A stretch of DNA of 64,000 nt, from positions 3,868-67,867 of the forward strand of contig CAMHKW010000006.1 in the NCBI GenBank assembly GCA_946185835.1, given 5' to 3'. The DNA is from an uncultured Bacteroidales bacterium (GTDB lineage: Bacteria; Bacteroidota; Bacteroidia; Bacteroidales; Paludibacteraceae). A program made the position numbers and the translations under genes. Shown piece after piece: positions 52,241 to 60,194 of this stretch (the stretch's first letter is position 1; each line of letters starts with the position of its first letter). Below the pieces are notes generated by a model that worked only from the letters and a program-made list of their open reading frames with translations, searched no databases and was not told where the DNA came from.

Positions 52241-53317
52241 ATGAAACCAACCACTTTTCTTATTCTTGCTGCCACAGCAGTGGCACTGGTAGCGTGCACG
52301 TCACGTTCTAACTCTGGCAAGTCAGATTCAATACAGACACACAACACCAAAATGAAGACACTATCGTTCACACCCGAGCAGGCAGACTGCATGGCTGCCA
52401 TCGCTCGCTACGAGGCTGAGGGCAACCAAAACGCCCTGAGCCTTGCTATCAACAGAGGCTTGGATGCCGGTCTGACGGTCAGTCAGGTCAAAGAAGCGTT
52501 GTCACACCTCTATGCCTATACGGGTTTCCCGCGCAGCCTGAATGCGTTGGGCACCCTCAAGCAGGTGTTAGACGAACGCAGCACACGTCCCGACGCTGTG
52601 ACCATCGAAGGTACCGACGCCTCACCCATGGCTGCCGACTACGACGCACTGCGGCAGGGAACAGAGGTGCAGACTATGCTCACCGGCAAGCCCTTCGACT
52701 ACACCTTCGCGCCCGCAACCGACTACTACCTTAAGGCACATCTGTTCGGCGATATCTTTGCCCGCGACAACCTCACTTATGCCGACCGCGAGCTGGTCAC
52801 CGTCAGCGCACTGAGTGCTATGCACGGCGTAGAGCCACAGCTGCAAGCTCACATAGCCGGAGCACGTAACATGGGAGTACCCGAACAGACACTCGGACGA
52901 GTGCTGACAGTCAACGCCGACAACGCAATAGACCTGAAGTCGGCATGGCCGATGGGAAAACCCAACAGCGACTACGCTCAGTATTTCACCGGCAACAGCT
53001 ACCTTTGCCACATGAACGCCGGCTTCGACAACGTAACCTTCGAGCCGGGATGCCGCAACCACTGGCACATACACCACGGCGCCGTGCAAGTGCTCGTATG
53101 CGTATATGGCAGAGGCTGGTATCAAGAATGGGGCAAGCCGGCAATACCACTGCGAGAGGGCACGGTCATCGCCATACCCGAAGGCGTCAAACACTGGCAC
53201 GGAGCAGCAGCCAACAGCTGGATGCAACACCTTGCAATGCATACCCAACTGCAAAAAGATGCCACAAACGAGTGGTTAGAACCCGTCACCGACGAACAAT
53301 ACAACTCACTGCCATAA
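52241..53317 (+). CDS. carboxymuconolactone decarboxylase-family domain(s) fused to cupin domain, lipoprotein signal
   Basis: Internal ATG 52241 (MKPTTFLILAATAVALVAC). LSHLYAYTGFPRSLNAL is CMD-like. HWHIHHGAVQVL...IPEGVKHWHGA is cupin-like. Confidence 0.7.
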   Translation: MKPTTFLILAATAVALVACTSRSNSGKSDSIQTHNTKMKTLSFTPEQADCMAAIARYEAEGNQNALSLAINRGLDAGLTVSQVKEALSHLYAYTGFPRSLNALGTLKQVLDERSTRPDAVTIEGTDASPMAADYDALRQGTEVQTMLTGKPFDYTFAPATDYYLKAHLFGDIFARDNLTYADRELVTVSALSAMHGVEPQLQAHIAGARNMGVPEQTLGRVLTVNADNAIDLKSAWPMGKPNSDYAQYFTGNSYLCHMNAGFDNVTFEPGCRNHWHIHHGAVQVLVCVYGRGWYQEWGKPAIPLREGTVIAIPEGVKHWHGAAANSWMQHLAMHTQLQKDATNEWLEPVTDEQYNSLP

Positions 53318-53346
53318 CGCCCCCACCCACCTATCACCGCACTACT

Positions 53347-54147
53347 ATGATTCTATATTTCTCAGGCACAGGCAACTGCCTCGCTATCGCACGTCAGATT
53401 GCCGAACGCCTTAATAATGCATCAGCCGAAGGCACACCTAAAGAAGAGGTGGTGTCGATGTACGACGCTGTAGGAAGAGACCTGACATCTCAGAAACTAA
53501 TTGGCTTAGTCTACCCTACCTACTATTTCAACCCACCGGCACCGGTATGCGAGTTAGTAGAGCGGCTGTCGATATCGCCCGAAGCATACGTCTTTATCGT
53601 GATACCATGCGGTGCACAGACCGGTAACGCCGTTTGGGCTGTAGAGCGTATCCTCAGGCGCAAAGGCATCAGCGTCGACTACTGTCATAAGGTGCGTGTA
53701 CCCGATTGCAGTGCCATCGGCTTCGGACGTAACCCCAACGAGCAGAGCTGGAAATTCAGCCGTTTTGCAAGCCGGGTAGAAAAGATAGCCTCCGACATCA
53801 AAGCACGCCGCCGAGCACATCATTACGGAGCATGGGGACTTGCCGGGTGGCTGTGTGCTCTGCCTTTTATGCGGCGTAAGACGCAACCGCTGTTGCAGCC
53901 TGCCGTCGAGACAGACAAATGCATCGGGTGCGGGACGTGCGTGCGTATATGCCCACAGGCTAACATCCGACTGACAGACGTAGCCGAAGGCACACAGAAA
54001 GCTGTCATCGGAGAGCAGTGTGCTCAATGCCTCAGCTGCGTACACTTCTGCCCGCAACAGGCTATCGCTATCAACCACAAGCCCTCACCCGCCGACCATC
54101 AGTACCATCACCCTCAGGTACGGCTCAAAGACATGCTACGACGCTGA
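53347..54147 (+). CDS. EFR1-family ferredoxin (flavodoxin-like domain plus 2x[4Fe-4S])
   Basis: Internal ATG 53347 (MILYFSGTGNCLAIA). Cys clusters CIGCGTCVRICP and CAQCLSCVHFCP. Confidence 0.7.
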   Translation: MILYFSGTGNCLAIARQIAERLNNASAEGTPKEEVVSMYDAVGRDLTSQKLIGLVYPTYYFNPPAPVCELVERLSISPEAYVFIVIPCGAQTGNAVWAVERILRRKGISVDYCHKVRVPDCSAIGFGRNPNEQSWKFSRFASRVEKIASDIKARRRAHHYGAWGLAGWLCALPFMRRKTQPLLQPAVETDKCIGCGTCVRICPQANIRLTDVAEGTQKAVIGEQCAQCLSCVHFCPQQAIAINHKPSPADHQYHHPQVRLKDMLRR

Positions 54148-54165
54148 CAGGAAAGGAACAACAGC

Positions 54166-54561
54166 ATGGCAACACACAACGAATTAGGCAAACAAGGCGA
54201 GGAACTGGCAGCTAAGACACTGCAAAAGAAAGGACTACGCATCATCGAACGAAACTGGAAGTTTGCAGGCTATGAGGTCGACATCATCGCTACTACAAAG
54301 ACGCAGATAGTGTTTGTCGAGGTCAAGACACGTTCCGACGATACCATCATGAACCCCGAAGATGCCGTCGACTACAACCGCCAATGCCGTCTCACAGCGG
54401 CGGCTAATGCCTACGTCAAGTATCATCAGATCACCCTCGAACCTCGCTTCGACGTGGTAGCTATCGTCTGGAACGAGCAACGATGTGAGGTCAACCATAT
54501 CGAAGACGCCTTCTTCCCCACCCCGCGCCCTCGACACTATGGCAACAAACGCCACCGATGA
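54166..54561 (+). CDS. yraN: YraN family (UPF0102) endonuclease-like protein
   Basis: 131 aa with LGKQGEELAAKTLQKKGLRIIERNWK...EVDIIA...IVFVEVKTR. Confidence 0.8.
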   Translation: MATHNELGKQGEELAAKTLQKKGLRIIERNWKFAGYEVDIIATTKTQIVFVEVKTRSDDTIMNPEDAVDYNRQCRLTAAANAYVKYHQITLEPRFDVVAIVWNEQRCEVNHIEDAFFPTPRPRHYGNKRHR

Positions 54562-54601
54562 ACACAGATTTGAAATGTTCTAATGATTTAATGTTCTACA
54601 C

Positions 54602-54630
54602 GCCGCCGGTTGCTAACCGGCGTACCCAAC
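54602..54630 (+). repeat. short hairpin form of the REP-like element
   Basis: GCCGCCGGTT-GCT-AACCGGCGTACCCAAC, downstream of yraN. Confidence 0.6.
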
Positions 54631-54631
54631 A

Positions 54632-54670
54632 AAAAAATGATACATGGCGCTGCCGCCATGTATCATTTTT
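54632..54670. terminator. bidirectional rho-independent terminator
   Basis: AAAAAA-ATGATACATGGCG-CTGC-CGCCATGTATCAT-TTTT, between convergent yraN and the radical SAM gene. Confidence 0.8.
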
Positions 54671-54678
54671 CATTTCGG

Positions 54679-54718
54679 GATCTCGACATCTCGACATCTC
54701 GACATCTCGACATCTCGG
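54679..54718. repeat. 8-bp tandem array (CATCTCGA)n, 5 units
   Basis: GATCTCGA (CATCTCGA)3 CATCTCGG. Same unit and orientation as the 36.5-kb array. Confidence 0.95.
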
Positions 54719-54792
54719 GATTTCAACATTCCGAAAAGGACAATCCGATAAATCCCGAATCTAAAGAAGGAAAATCTGTTGAAAGTTTGTCG

Positions 54793-55374
54793 TTAGATAA
54801 ACTGCTCGAAGCCGAGTACTCGAAGTTGCTCGAGGCTGCGCTCGCGGTCATCAGCTGTGTTGAAGCCCTGCAGCGAAGGCACCTTCACCTTCACCCTCTC
54901 GGCATAGCCGGCAGCTGCCAGCATGCGCAGGTTCTCTATCACATGCAGGTTATCTTTGCCTGTGTACGACTGGTAGATACGAGGATTCATATCCTTGATG
55001 TCGACTTCCCAACGAGCCACAACGGGTGCCAACAACTCCACCCGCTCGGAGGGAACATTAAGCGACGAGCATACCACAAAGGGCCACTTATGCTCCGACA
55101 TCTCATAGAGGTCGATGATGAACTTAGCACGCATACATGGCTCACCGGCGGTAAACACAACCTCGCCCTTACCCTCTAACATCAACTGCTCATCGGGTAT
55201 GATGAGCTCGTATAGAGCTTTGGTGGTATATAAGCGCCAACGACGACGCTCGAAACACATCGGTGAATCGCAATTCTTACAACGTAAAGGACAAGAACCA
55301 AATCCCACAGTGATAACTACCCTGCCTTCGTCGGTTAACTGACGAGTAACATTGATAACCGGAGCTTCTCGCAT
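54793..55374 (-). CDS. radical SAM protein, glycyl-radical-activase-like
   Basis: Internal ATG 55374 chosen. CPLRCKNC is the CX3CX2C motif, and FTAGEP is the SAM-binding GGE-like motif. 193 aa. Confidence 0.7.
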   Translation of the reverse strand: MREAPVINVTRQLTDEGRVVITVGFGSCPLRCKNCDSPMCFERRRWRLYTTKALYELIIPDEQLMLEGKGEVVFTAGEPCMRAKFIIDLYEMSEHKWPFVVCSSLNVPSERVELLAPVVARWEVDIKDMNPRIYQSYTGKDNLHVIENLRMLAAAGYAERVKVKVPSLQGFNTADDRERSLEQLRVLGFEQFI

Positions 55375-55739
55375 AAAAAACCTGTTTTTAAAGCGGCATA
55401 CTGAGCCACTACGATTTCTACTCAAACATCGGAATGGATGACACCAACAACCCCAAAAATCATACATACACACCATTCCTCTAACTTCACGATTAAGATA
55501 AATATATTATCTTATCTACATTATTTTTTATTAACAAAGAAAATGCCAAAGAGTGCTGTCAGACGAATAAAAATCGTTTTTTATCACATACGGTCTACGA
55601 TTTGCACTATTTTGATAATGCGCAATGACATTTACGCTTGAGAGCGCCAACACGGTATGGAGTGATGACGCGAACAGCATCGAGCACCTGAACAAGCACC
55701 CGAAGTCACAAAAAAAAATGCTTATAAATGGCGTATCTT

Positions 55740-55770
55740 TTTGTCAGTACATAAAAAAAGTGTATTTTTG
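55740..55770 (+). promoter_or_regulatory. Bacteroides-type promoter for glyQS
   Basis: TTTG(55740-55743)-N19-TAttTTTG(55763-55770). Confidence 0.65.
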
Positions 55771-55803
55771 CAGACGCGAATATTTATTTAACAACATAAC
55801 ACA

Positions 55804-57345
55804 ATGGCAACACAAGAAGAAACATTTAAAAGCATCGTGTCTCACTGCAAGGAATATGGTTTTGTCTTTCCTTCGAGCGAGATTTACGATGGTCTCGCTG
55901 CCGTTTACGACTACGGTCAGAACGGCGTTGAACTGAAGAACAACATCAAGCAATACTGGTGGGCAGCTATGACCAAGCTCCACGAGAATATCGTAGGTAT
56001 CGATGCCGCCATCTTCATGCACCCTACCACATGGAAAGCATCGGGGCATGTCGATGCCTTCAACGACCCGCTTATCGACAACCGCGACTCTAAAAAACGT
56101 TATCGTGCCGACGTTCTCATCGAAGACCAGATTGCCAAATACGACGAGAAGATTGACAAAGAGGTGCAAAAAGCACGCAAACGCTTTGGCGAGAGTTTCG
56201 ACGAGGCTTTATATCGTCAGACCAACCCGCGCGTTGTGGAGCATCAGCAGAAACGTGACGCCCTGCACGAGCGCTATCAGAAGGCAATGAACGCCAACGA
56301 CCTCGACGAACTCAAGCAGATTATTCTCGACGAAGGTATAGTATGCCCTATCAGCGGCACACGCAACTGGACCGACGTGCGTCAGTTCAACCTTATGTTC
56401 TCTACCGAGATGGGGTCTACCGCCGAAGGAGCCATGAAGATATACCTGCGTCCGGAGACGGCACAAGGTATATTCGTCAATTTCCTCAACGTTCAGAAAA
56501 CAGGACGTATGAAAGTTCCCTTTGGCATAGCTCAGATAGGTAAGGCTTTCCGCAACGAGATAGTAGCCCGACAGTTTGTGTTCCGCATGCGAGAGTTCGA
56601 GCAGATGGAGATGCAGTTCTTCGTTCGCCCCGGCACCGAATTAGAGTGGTTCGAGCATTGGAAACAGTTCCGCCTGCGTTGGCACAAAGCCCTCGGATTA
56701 GGCGACGAGAAATACCGCTTCCACGACCACGACAAGCTTGCACATTATGCCAATGCAGCTACCGACATCGAGTTCCTGATGCCATTCGGCTTCAAGGAAG
56801 TGGAAGGCATACACTCGCGTACTAACTTCGACCTCTCACAGCATGCCAAATACTCGGGTAAGAAAATCGAATATTTCGACCCTGAGCTTAACGAATCCTA
56901 TACTCCTTACGTAATAGAGACATCAATCGGTGTCGACCGCATGTTCCTGAGTGTGATGTGTTCGGCATATAAAGAGGAGCAGCTCGAAGGCGGCGACAGC
57001 CGCGTAGTACTCTCTCTGCCCCCGGTATTGGCACCGGTGAAGGCATGCGTGATGCCACTCGTCAAGAAAGACGGACTGCCCGAGAAGGCACGCGAGGTGA
57101 TGGACCTGCTGCGCTTCGACTTCAACATACAGTACGACGAGAAGGACTCTATCGGCAAACGCTATCGCCGGCAAGACGCCATCGGAACGCCTTTCTGTAT
57201 CACCATCGACCACGATACGCTCAACGACGAATGCGTCACCGTACGCTACCGCGACACCATGAAGCAAGACCGCGTCAAGATAAGCGAACTGCACGAACTC
57301 ATTCGCTCGCAAGTCGACATGACAGACCTGCTACGCAAACTCTAA
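55804..57345 (+). CDS. glyQS: glycine--tRNA ligase (class II, homodimeric type)
   Basis: 513 aa with GFVFPSSEIYDGL, YLRPETAQGIF, FRNEI and GVDRM motifs. Confidence 0.95.
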   Translation: MATQEETFKSIVSHCKEYGFVFPSSEIYDGLAAVYDYGQNGVELKNNIKQYWWAAMTKLHENIVGIDAAIFMHPTTWKASGHVDAFNDPLIDNRDSKKRYRADVLIEDQIAKYDEKIDKEVQKARKRFGESFDEALYRQTNPRVVEHQQKRDALHERYQKAMNANDLDELKQIILDEGIVCPISGTRNWTDVRQFNLMFSTEMGSTAEGAMKIYLRPETAQGIFVNFLNVQKTGRMKVPFGIAQIGKAFRNEIVARQFVFRMREFEQMEMQFFVRPGTELEWFEHWKQFRLRWHKALGLGDEKYRFHDHDKLAHYANAATDIEFLMPFGFKEVEGIHSRTNFDLSQHAKYSGKKIEYFDPELNESYTPYVIETSIGVDRMFLSVMCSAYKEEQLEGGDSRVVLSLPPVLAPVKACVMPLVKKDGLPEKAREVMDLLRFDFNIQYDEKDSIGKRYRRQDAIGTPFCITIDHDTLNDECVTVRYRDTMKQDRVKISELHELIRSQVDMTDLLRKL

Positions 57346-57353
57346 ACCGATAA

Positions 57354-57457
57354 AGACGGTATATGTCCCACAGATAAAGACGGTATATGTCCCACAGACG
57401 GTATATATACCGTCTCTACTAAATCAATATGTCCCACAGACGGTATATATACCGTCT
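57354..57457. repeat. composite array of AGACGGTATAT half-sites, GTCCCACAG spacers and two perfect 20-nt palindromes
   Basis: AGACGGTATATGTCCCACAG occurs at 57354 and 57378. AGACGGTATATATACCGTCT occurs at 57396-57415 and 57438-57457. All lie downstream of glyQS. Confidence 0.9.
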
Positions 57458-57479
57458 CCACTAATAAAAACAAACAACT

Positions 57480-58298
57480 ATGAGAAAGACTTATTTATTA
57501 GGATTGGCAGCAGCGCTATTACTGCTTGCATCCTGCAACAACGAACCCACCGCACCAACGGCTGATTCGATTTATCTGCCCAAACTGGCAGAGAAGGTAA
57601 TCGGAAGTTCCGAAAACGAAGCCAAAGAGATTATGGAAGGCGAAGCGTTCAAACTCGAGAAGGCAGAGCAAGGATCCTATGGTTACAGCAAGAGTTTCAC
57701 CGACAAACGGAAGAACACCGGCAATTGGATACTCTCGTTCGAGGTGTACGACAACAAAGTAGAAAATGCTGAAGCTGCACAAGAGATACTCGACATGAGT
57801 ACCATTGCCACCACTGCAACTGCATGGGGCAATTATATCAAAGAGCAACAGCCTAACTTATCACTTTGGGTGGGCATAATAAAAAAGAATGGTCAGGCGA
57901 CCTACTACCTCGAAGGTAGTATGGTAGATCCAATGCGCACCGTCATCGAGACAGTGCTGAACCGTGGAGTCAGCGATGCAACTCTGAAAAGCCATCTTGA
58001 GGAGCTACAACAGATGCTTAGCCGAAAACGCACCGACTACCTCACTGACCTCAAGGCTGTTGACTTCAGCGTCAACGGCACCGGCTGCACCGAGACCTAC
58101 GTCACTATCAACTCCGTCAGCCAGATGACCGGACAAGTAAGAAGCTACTCACAAGGCTCGCTCAGAGACAGTGATATCGACTTCGAAGACGACGCTAACA
58201 ACATGCTGGTATACCACTCTGCCGATGGCGAAATCGACGAATACCTTAGCGATGAGGTGGCAGAGCTTTTTGAGATGATAAACGATTTCGGATACTAA
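57480..58298 (+). CDS. lipoprotein, unknown function
   Basis: Lipobox LLLASC. 272 aa with no recognised motif. Confidence 0.6.
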   Translation: MRKTYLLGLAAALLLLASCNNEPTAPTADSIYLPKLAEKVIGSSENEAKEIMEGEAFKLEKAEQGSYGYSKSFTDKRKNTGNWILSFEVYDNKVENAEAAQEILDMSTIATTATAWGNYIKEQQPNLSLWVGIIKKNGQATYYLEGSMVDPMRTVIETVLNRGVSDATLKSHLEELQQMLSRKRTDYLTDLKAVDFSVNGTGCTETYVTINSVSQMTGQVRSYSQGSLRDSDIDFEDDANNMLVYHSADGEIDEYLSDEVAELFEMINDFGY

Positions 58299-58345
58299 TT
58301 CTCCCCCCTCCAAAAAAAGTCATTAGACCTAACGTCAGGGGTAAT

Positions 58346-58385
58346 AAGCAAACAGCGCAGGCGATATCGCCTGCGCTGTTTGCTT
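58346..58385. terminator. perfect 40-nt palindromic stem-loop between convergent genes
   Basis: AAGCAAACAGCGCAGGCGAT|ATCGCCTGCGCTGTTTGCTT. Confidence 0.6.
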
Positions 58386-58400
58386 TGTCACCCGTTTTTA

Positions 58401-59438
58401 TCAGATGACCACGCACCAGCCGTAGCGGTCATAGCTGCGACCATACTGTATGTCGAGCAGCGTATTATACAGCTTCGTGCATACCGGTCCCGGCTTGGAC
58501 GGGAATCTGTATGTGACGTTGCGGTCGGGGTCGACCACGCTACCGATAGGCGATATCACAGAAGCCGTACCGCAGCAGGCACACTCAGTGAAGTCGCTCA
58601 GCTCTCGCACTTCGATACGTCGTTGCTCAACACGTATGCCTAAGTCGCGAGACAGAGTCATCAGCGAGTTGTTGGTGATGCTGGGTAAGATACTGCGCGA
58701 ACGAGGTGTGACATAGGTATAGCTGCTCATGTCGTCGGTTGGTTTGCCTTTTTGGTGTAGCACACCGAAGAAGTTGGCAGCACCACATTCGTCGATATAA
58801 CGATGATACTTGGGGTCAACGAACATACAGCCGCAACCTGCCTCGTGAGCGGGCACAGTAGCACGAAAGGCAGACGCATAGTTGCCACCTACCTTATACG
58901 GTCCGGTGCCATTAGGCGCTGCCCGGTCGACATGACGGTTGAGAATGAAAGGGGTGGTACCAAAGCCGCTCTTGAAATAGCGACCGATAGGTGTAGCCAC
59001 CATCAGGAACTCATATTCAGTGGCAGGTCCGACACCTATCTTGGCAGACGTGCCGATGATGATAGGGCGGAAATAAAGTGTCGCACCCGTTTCGTATGGC
59101 GGCAAGTAGTCGATATTCTTCTCCAGCGAGAGGAAGACGGCTTTCTCAAAAAGCTCGTCCGGCACCTTAGGCATATACAAAGCCTCACACGAACGATTCA
59201 TACGTTCCGCGTTATCACGCCAGCGGAACACCCTGACTTTGCCATCGGCACCACGGAAAGCCTTCAGACCTTCGAATGCCTCTTGCCCATACTGAAAGAC
59301 CGCGGCACAGACGTGTATCTGCATGTACTTGTCACGTGTAGCATACGGCTCTTGCCAACGACCATCTTTGTATGACGAACGGACTACATACTGAGTCTCG
59401 GTATATTCAAATTCAAGATTTTGCCAGTCTATGTTCAT
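58401..59438 (-). CDS. ilvE: branched-chain amino acid aminotransferase
   Basis: 345 aa with QEAFEGLKAFR, YFRPIIIG and the NYASAF class-IV aminotransferase pattern. Confidence 0.9.
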   Translation of the reverse strand: MNIDWQNLEFEYTETQYVVRSSYKDGRWQEPYATRDKYMQIHVCAAVFQYGQEAFEGLKAFRGADGKVRVFRWRDNAERMNRSCEALYMPKVPDELFEKAVFLSLEKNIDYLPPYETGATLYFRPIIIGTSAKIGVGPATEYEFLMVATPIGRYFKSGFGTTPFILNRHVDRAAPNGTGPYKVGGNYASAFRATVPAHEAGCGCMFVDPKYHRYIDECGAANFFGVLHQKGKPTDDMSSYTYVTPRSRSILPSITNNSLMTLSRDLGIRVEQRRIEVRELSDFTECACCGTASVISPIGSVVDPDRNVTYRFPSKPGPVCTKLYNTLLDIQYGRSYDRYGWCVVI

Positions 59439-59473
59439 TAGTGTTTAGAGTTTAGTGTTCAGTGTTTAGAGTG

Positions 59474-59536
59474 CGTGGGTGCGCCGGTTTCTTATCTCCG
59501 CCTTGCTACGAACGATCGTAACGTGGCGACCGGCGG
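59474..59536 (-). repeat. REP/MITE-like element, long form, copy E
   Basis: Reverse-complement copy between the ilvE start and the WbqC stop. The GTTTAGAG-rich tail lies on the + strand side. Confidence 0.85.
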
Positions 59537-59540
59537 AGGT

Positions 59541-60194
59541 TTATCGTTTAGGCGGTCGGAGATATAATATAGCTTCCGGACCGATGTTAAATAGCAAGTC
59601 GACAATGCTCAGGTTAGGTTGAAAGCCTTGTCGGGTAGCGAAAATCTGATAGTATGGTTGTATGTTCTCGCTATCGACGAAGGCGCTGTTGACGTCCCTA
59701 CCCTGCCACCAAGTAGTGCGTCGTAGCGGTGGCAGATGTCGCTCGTGCAGCAGCATGCCGACCACTGCCTCGTGCATGGCTTCGTTGAGGTCGACAAGGA
59801 AGGTGAACTCTCTGTCATATACCTCAACGATAGCGTCAGCCAGATAGTCGTAGAAAGGTGTATGGCGGTATGCCGAACGCAGAGCCATCAGGTGCTGGTG
59901 TTGCCATCGTGTTCGGTAGCTTATCTTCACGTCACGTGTGAGCTGTTTGCTTTCCGAGTGCTCAACAGGTACCGTGAGCGTCTGCACCCCGTTAGGTCCG
60001 GCGATACGGCAACGATTGCGCATGGTCTGCTTCTCAAACGACTCGCACACCTCCACCACCGGTGCCTCAGCGGCAGCGGTGTCTGATAAGGCGGTCAAGT
60101 GGTGCAGGAAGAGTCGATACCAACTCAGAGGAGCAAGAAATGCCGTAGGCAGCAGACAATAATAATTTTGATTTTCAGTGGGTAGCATCATCAA
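59541..60194 (-). CDS. WbqC family protein
   Basis: 217 aa lying immediately downstream of lepB and overlapping it, which is the usual Bacteroidota arrangement. FEKQTMRNRCRI and WQHQH motifs are present. Confidence 0.6.
   Translation of the reverse strand: MMMLPTENQNYYCLLPTAFLAPLSWYRLFLHHLTALSDTAAAEAPVVEVCESFEKQTMRNRCRIAGPNGVQTLTVPVEHSESKQLTRDVKISYRTRWQHQHLMALRSAYRHTPFYDYLADAIVEVYDREFTFLVDLNEAMHEAVVGMLLHERHLPPLRRTTWWQGRDVNSAFVDSENIQPYYQIFATRQGFQPNLSIVDLLFNIGPEAILYLRPPKR

Noticed and set aside
52945-53346. 134-aa N-terminal extension of the EFR1 ferredoxin ORF. Similar 5' extensions occur at 2014-2076, 4909-5004, 7137-7205, 17696-17761, 44450-44584, 46827-46904, 52166-52240 and 55375-55476.
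   Set aside because: The extensions overlap the preceding gene in another frame and are Arg/His-rich. Internal ATGs give canonical N-termini (signal peptides, MILYFSGTGN, MLLSKIEIVNYRNL, and so on).
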